From contig OX597824.1 in NCBI GenBank assembly GCA_951406725.2, forward strand, positions 93,868,001 to 93,932,000: DNA of 64,000 nt, written 5' to 3'. The stretch is from Octopus vulgaris (lineage: Eukaryota). The position numbers were made by a program, and so were the translations under genes. Under the pieces are notes generated by a model that was not told where the DNA came from, made no database searches, and worked only from the letters and a program-made list of their open reading frames with translations. This document shows, piece after piece, positions 60,256 through 64,000 of the stretch. Within the stretch, counting starts at the first letter, position 1; each line of letters starts with the position of its first letter.

Positions 60256-61025
60256 TTATATGTGTGTCTGTGTGCGTATGCATGCGTATATGACTGCGTA
60301 GATGTGTGCGTGTGTGTGTTTGTATGTGTGTGAAAGTGTTTGCGTATGTGTGTATATAGCATTCCCAGACTCCTGTAAAATTGGTATTACATGTTGTAAC
60401 CGATCACCCATGAATCCTGATTGTATATCCTGCAATCAGATTCGCAGAAACCTATTACATAACCTCAATTAACCAAGTTAACATTTTCTCATTAAATAGT
60501 TAATATACATTAATATTACACTCTTCCTCTCCATATGTTCGATATATATATCCGTATGATTTGCTTCTGTCATTTTTACTATCCTACAGTTTATCATAAT
60601 ACATCTACGTGGTATAATTCCAAATACATCCTGCATTTATCTCAAGTTATTTAATACAACAATTATACGTCATTGTTGGTAAAAATCTATGACACTCGTC
60701 AGTGTGAGATAATTTTTAGCTCGTATTTGCTCAAATTATGCAAATTGCCATCGGCCGTTATTGTTTTCATAATTCATTTCGCGTATTTGTTTTTATTTCT
60801 TATCAACTTTGGAGGTTTCTAAGTCTGTATAATTGGGTGGCGTCTACAATTGTAGCAGAAACAAGCTATCTGCAGCTGTTCTCTTTTGTCTCCAGATAAA
60901 GAGGAAAAAACGGACTGACTTTTCAAAATGGCGTCTCAACATCGTAGAATCGTTGGTTCTTGAAAATATCTCTCCCCATTTGCATTGTGTTGCAATGGTC
61001 ACCATACGTTTGAAGACGCATACAT

Positions 61026-61066
<41 letters not shown>

Positions 61067-61069
<3 letters not shown>

Positions 61070-61372
61070 TAGTAAAGTTGAACATCTTATATGTCCACCA
61101 CAGTCCCCAGATTTCAATATTATTGAACATTAATGGTGTATTTTAGAATAAAAATTAAGTAGCTGATATCCTCCACAATCATCACTACAAGAACTGGAGA
61201 CTGTTTTAGCTGAAGAATGGACAAAAATTCCTTTGGAAACAATTCAAACTTTGTACGAGTCCATACCACATAGAATTCAAGTTGTAATTACTGCCAAAGG
61301 CGGTCCTACCCCGTATTGAAATTAATTTGTTTGAAATTTTAAGGTTTTCCCATTATTTTGTCCAACCCCCTT
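61067..61372 (+). mobile_element. Tc1 transposase C-terminus + 3' TIR (decayed)
   Basis: EHLICPPQSPDFNIIEH*WCILE...LQELETVLAEEWTKIPLETIQTLYESIPHRIQVVITAKGGPTPY* (SPDLNxIE motif); TIR-like CCATTATTTTGTCCAACCCC then TA. Confidence 0.9.
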
Positions 61373-61739
61373 ATATATATATATATATATATATATGACG
61401 GGTGACGTTTGTTGGAAGAGTCTACTTAAGTTTAAGGTGCATGGAGTCGAATCAATCTATTATTAAATATGTATATATCTATGTGTGTCTTTGCGTGTGC
61501 GTGTATACGTGTACGTACATAACATTTAAAAGTGTAGTAAATATTATGAAGAAAGGCCGCGTTTGGTGGGAATTTAGAATAAAATATGAAACCTTATGAC
61601 AATATGTCAAAATATCAACATAGAACAAAATGATGTCCCGAAAGTTTATCGTGTTAATGTTTCATGAAATGTGGAAAGTGTAGTTTGACACTCTATGTAA
61701 ATTAAATGAGATTGTGAACAGGTTTGTAATAATGTTTCA

Positions 61740-62125
61740 TGGCTTTGTGGCAAGTAGCTTGCTTACCAACCACATAATTCCGGGTTCAGTCCCACTGCGT
61801 GGAACCTTGGGCAAGTGTCTTCTACTATAGCCTCGGGCCGACCAAAGCCTTGAGAGTAGATTTGGTAGACGGAAACTGAAAAGAAGCCCGTCGTATATAT
61901 GTATATATGTATGTGTATTTATATGTTTGTGTGTCTGTGTTTGTCCCCCCAACATCGCTGGTGTGTTTACGTCCTCTTAACTTAGCGGTTCGGCAAAAGA
62001 TACCGATCGAATAAGTACTAGGCTTCCAAATAATAAGTTCTGGGATCGATTTGCTCGACTAAAGGCGGTGCTCCAGCATGGCCACAGTCACATGACTGAA
62101 ACAAGTAAGAGTAATAGTAAGAGTA
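61740..62125 (+). mobile_element. SINE family C, near full length
   Basis: B-box-like GGTTCAGTCCC, CORE-like ACCTTGGGCAAGTG, short internal TA/TG tract, tail ..ATGACTGAAACAAGTAAGAGTAA. Confidence 0.9.
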
Positions 62126-62254
62126 TCTATAAAACTGATCATAAAATATTAAATTTGATTTGAATAAAATTAGACATGTTTCAAACCATCTCAATTTTCT
62201 TATAATTCGATTGTTAATATTAGTGGAATCGCACGCCAGTCGATTTCGGTGATG

Positions 62255-63045
62255 GACTGGAAAGAATTATTAGCACGCCGGAAACAATGCTTACCGGCAT
62301 TTTGTCCGTCTTTACGTTCTGAGTTCAAATTCAGCCGAGGTCGATTTTGTCTTTCATCCTTTCAGGATCAATAAATTAAATACCAGTTGCGCACTGGGGT
62401 CGATCTAATCGACTGGCCGCCTCCCCCAAAATTTCGGGCCTTGTGCCTAGATTAGAAAAGAATATTAGTGGAATAGACTTTGCCTTTCATCCTTTCGGGA
62501 TCGATAAATTAAGTACCAGTTGAACGCTGAGGTCGATGTAATCGATTTAATCCCCCCTCCATACTCCCCTTGTGGAAAGAATTTGAAATAATTAATTAAA
62601 GACTCTATTAAGACGGCGTGATGGCAGAATCGTTAGCAAGCTAGACGCAAAGCTTAGCGGTATTTCGCCCGTCGAGTTGGCAGAAACGTTAGCACGCCGG
62701 GCGAAATACTTAGCGGTATTTCGTCTGCCGCTACGTTCTGAGTTCAAATTCGGCCGAGGTAGACTTTGCCTTTCATCCTTTCGGGGTCGATTAGATAAGT
62801 ATAATCGACTTAATCCGTTTGTCTGTCCTTATTTGTCCCTTCTGTGTTTAGCCCCTTGTGGGTAGTAAAGAAATAGGTATTCCGTCTGTCGCTACGTTCT
62901 AACTTCAAATTCCACCGAGGTCGGCGTTGCCTTTCATCCTTTCGGGGACGATATATTAAGTACCAGTTGAACACTGCGGTCGATGTAATCGACTAGTCCC
63001 CTCCCCTCAAAAAGCTACCCTTGAAGGAAAATTTGAAACCATTAA
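62255..63045 (+). mobile_element. Cluster of SINE family A copies (monomers, duplicated heads, dimer)
   Basis: Four GCCTTTCATCCTTTC core copies; two heads in tandem at ~62612 and ~62673; junction AAAGAAATA|GGTATT at ~62877. Confidence 0.88.
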
Positions 63046-63586
63046 TTATAGAGACTATTATAAGCTTTACTAATTTCAACTGACAATTTAAAATCGTTTT
63101 TTTTTCTGGCATTATTTAAAGCCACTTATTATTGAAAAATACACATTGAATATCAAATTTCCTTGGGGAACATAATTATGTAAATATAAGGATATTAATT
63201 CAGACTTTTGATTGACAAAGCTACGATGTATGTCTATGATATCTTATTATATGTTGTATATAATTTAGATCGTGAAAAACGAAATACGAATAGAATTTAT
63301 AATTTAACTAACTGCAGGATAACTGTTGCTAAGGCTGAATTGATATTGGAATTTAGTAAAGAATACACATATATATGAAAATCTAAACTGGATTTTTCTC
63401 AAAATGTAATGAATTTACATTTATGGGACAAAGATTGATTTTTCTCGCCTATGACAAAGTGGAAAAGGGTTCAAATCAGATAATATATGAGCTAGTTAAT
63501 TAATAAAAGCTGTTTCAGTTTATAGCAAATTTTACACACACACACATACACACGCATGTATGAATGAATGAATGTATGTATGTGTG

Positions 63587-63642
<56 letters not shown>

Positions 63643-64000
63643 TCACATATATATATATATATATATATATATGATATGTGAATATACTCGATGTAACGGG
63701 TAATGTGTTTTGGAGATTCAATATTGAAGCCGTGTTCAGTGTACTGTGACCTTAAAAGATTATAATTTACGCATATTAAATTCCAGAGTAAATGTTTTTG
63801 AGTCAATATAATTTCCCAAATTAATTTTGTTAAATATAGTTTATTGTTTAATTAGAAGTATTGATGATAACAAAATAGAGGATATGAAATCAATTATGTT
63901 AATAAGTGCGAAAATATAGGGGTAGCTTAAAAGAATTAATAATCAAATGAATTAGATAGGTCTGCACCTCAGTTTTTATGTATCAATAATTTATAATTAG

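Overview
AT-rich, gene-poor eukaryotic DNA made largely of microsatellites ((TA)n, (GATA)n, (CA)n, (TAA)n, (TCA)n) and transposon debris. The repeat families and microsatellite density look like a coleoid cephalopod (Octopus-like) genome; this is my inference and was not verified. I found no host protein-coding exon, and nearly all ORFs in the supplied track are translated microsatellites. The real coding remnants all belong to mobile elements: two Neptune-like Penelope elements (RT/GIY-YIG), stacked R4/Dong-like LINEs at (TAA)n, RTE-, CR1- and Tx1-like LINE 3' ends, and Tc1 and maT/mariner transposase ends. Non-coding elements include two non-autonomous Helitrons, a probable solo LTR and several tRNA-SINE families. 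Three signals stand out. (1) About 14 minimal hammerhead-ribozyme motifs from at least 7 sequence families, most with a palindromic helix III, mostly next to (TA)n, with recurrent non-canonical cores (CCGA, CUGU). (2) A SINE present as head + 2-4 tandem ~180-bp bodies; two of these arrays are each enclosed by a single target-site duplication. (3) The 3' tail of that SINE matches the 3' end of a Tx1-like LINE in the same window. All motif calls were made by eye, and coordinates of degenerate elements are approximate.
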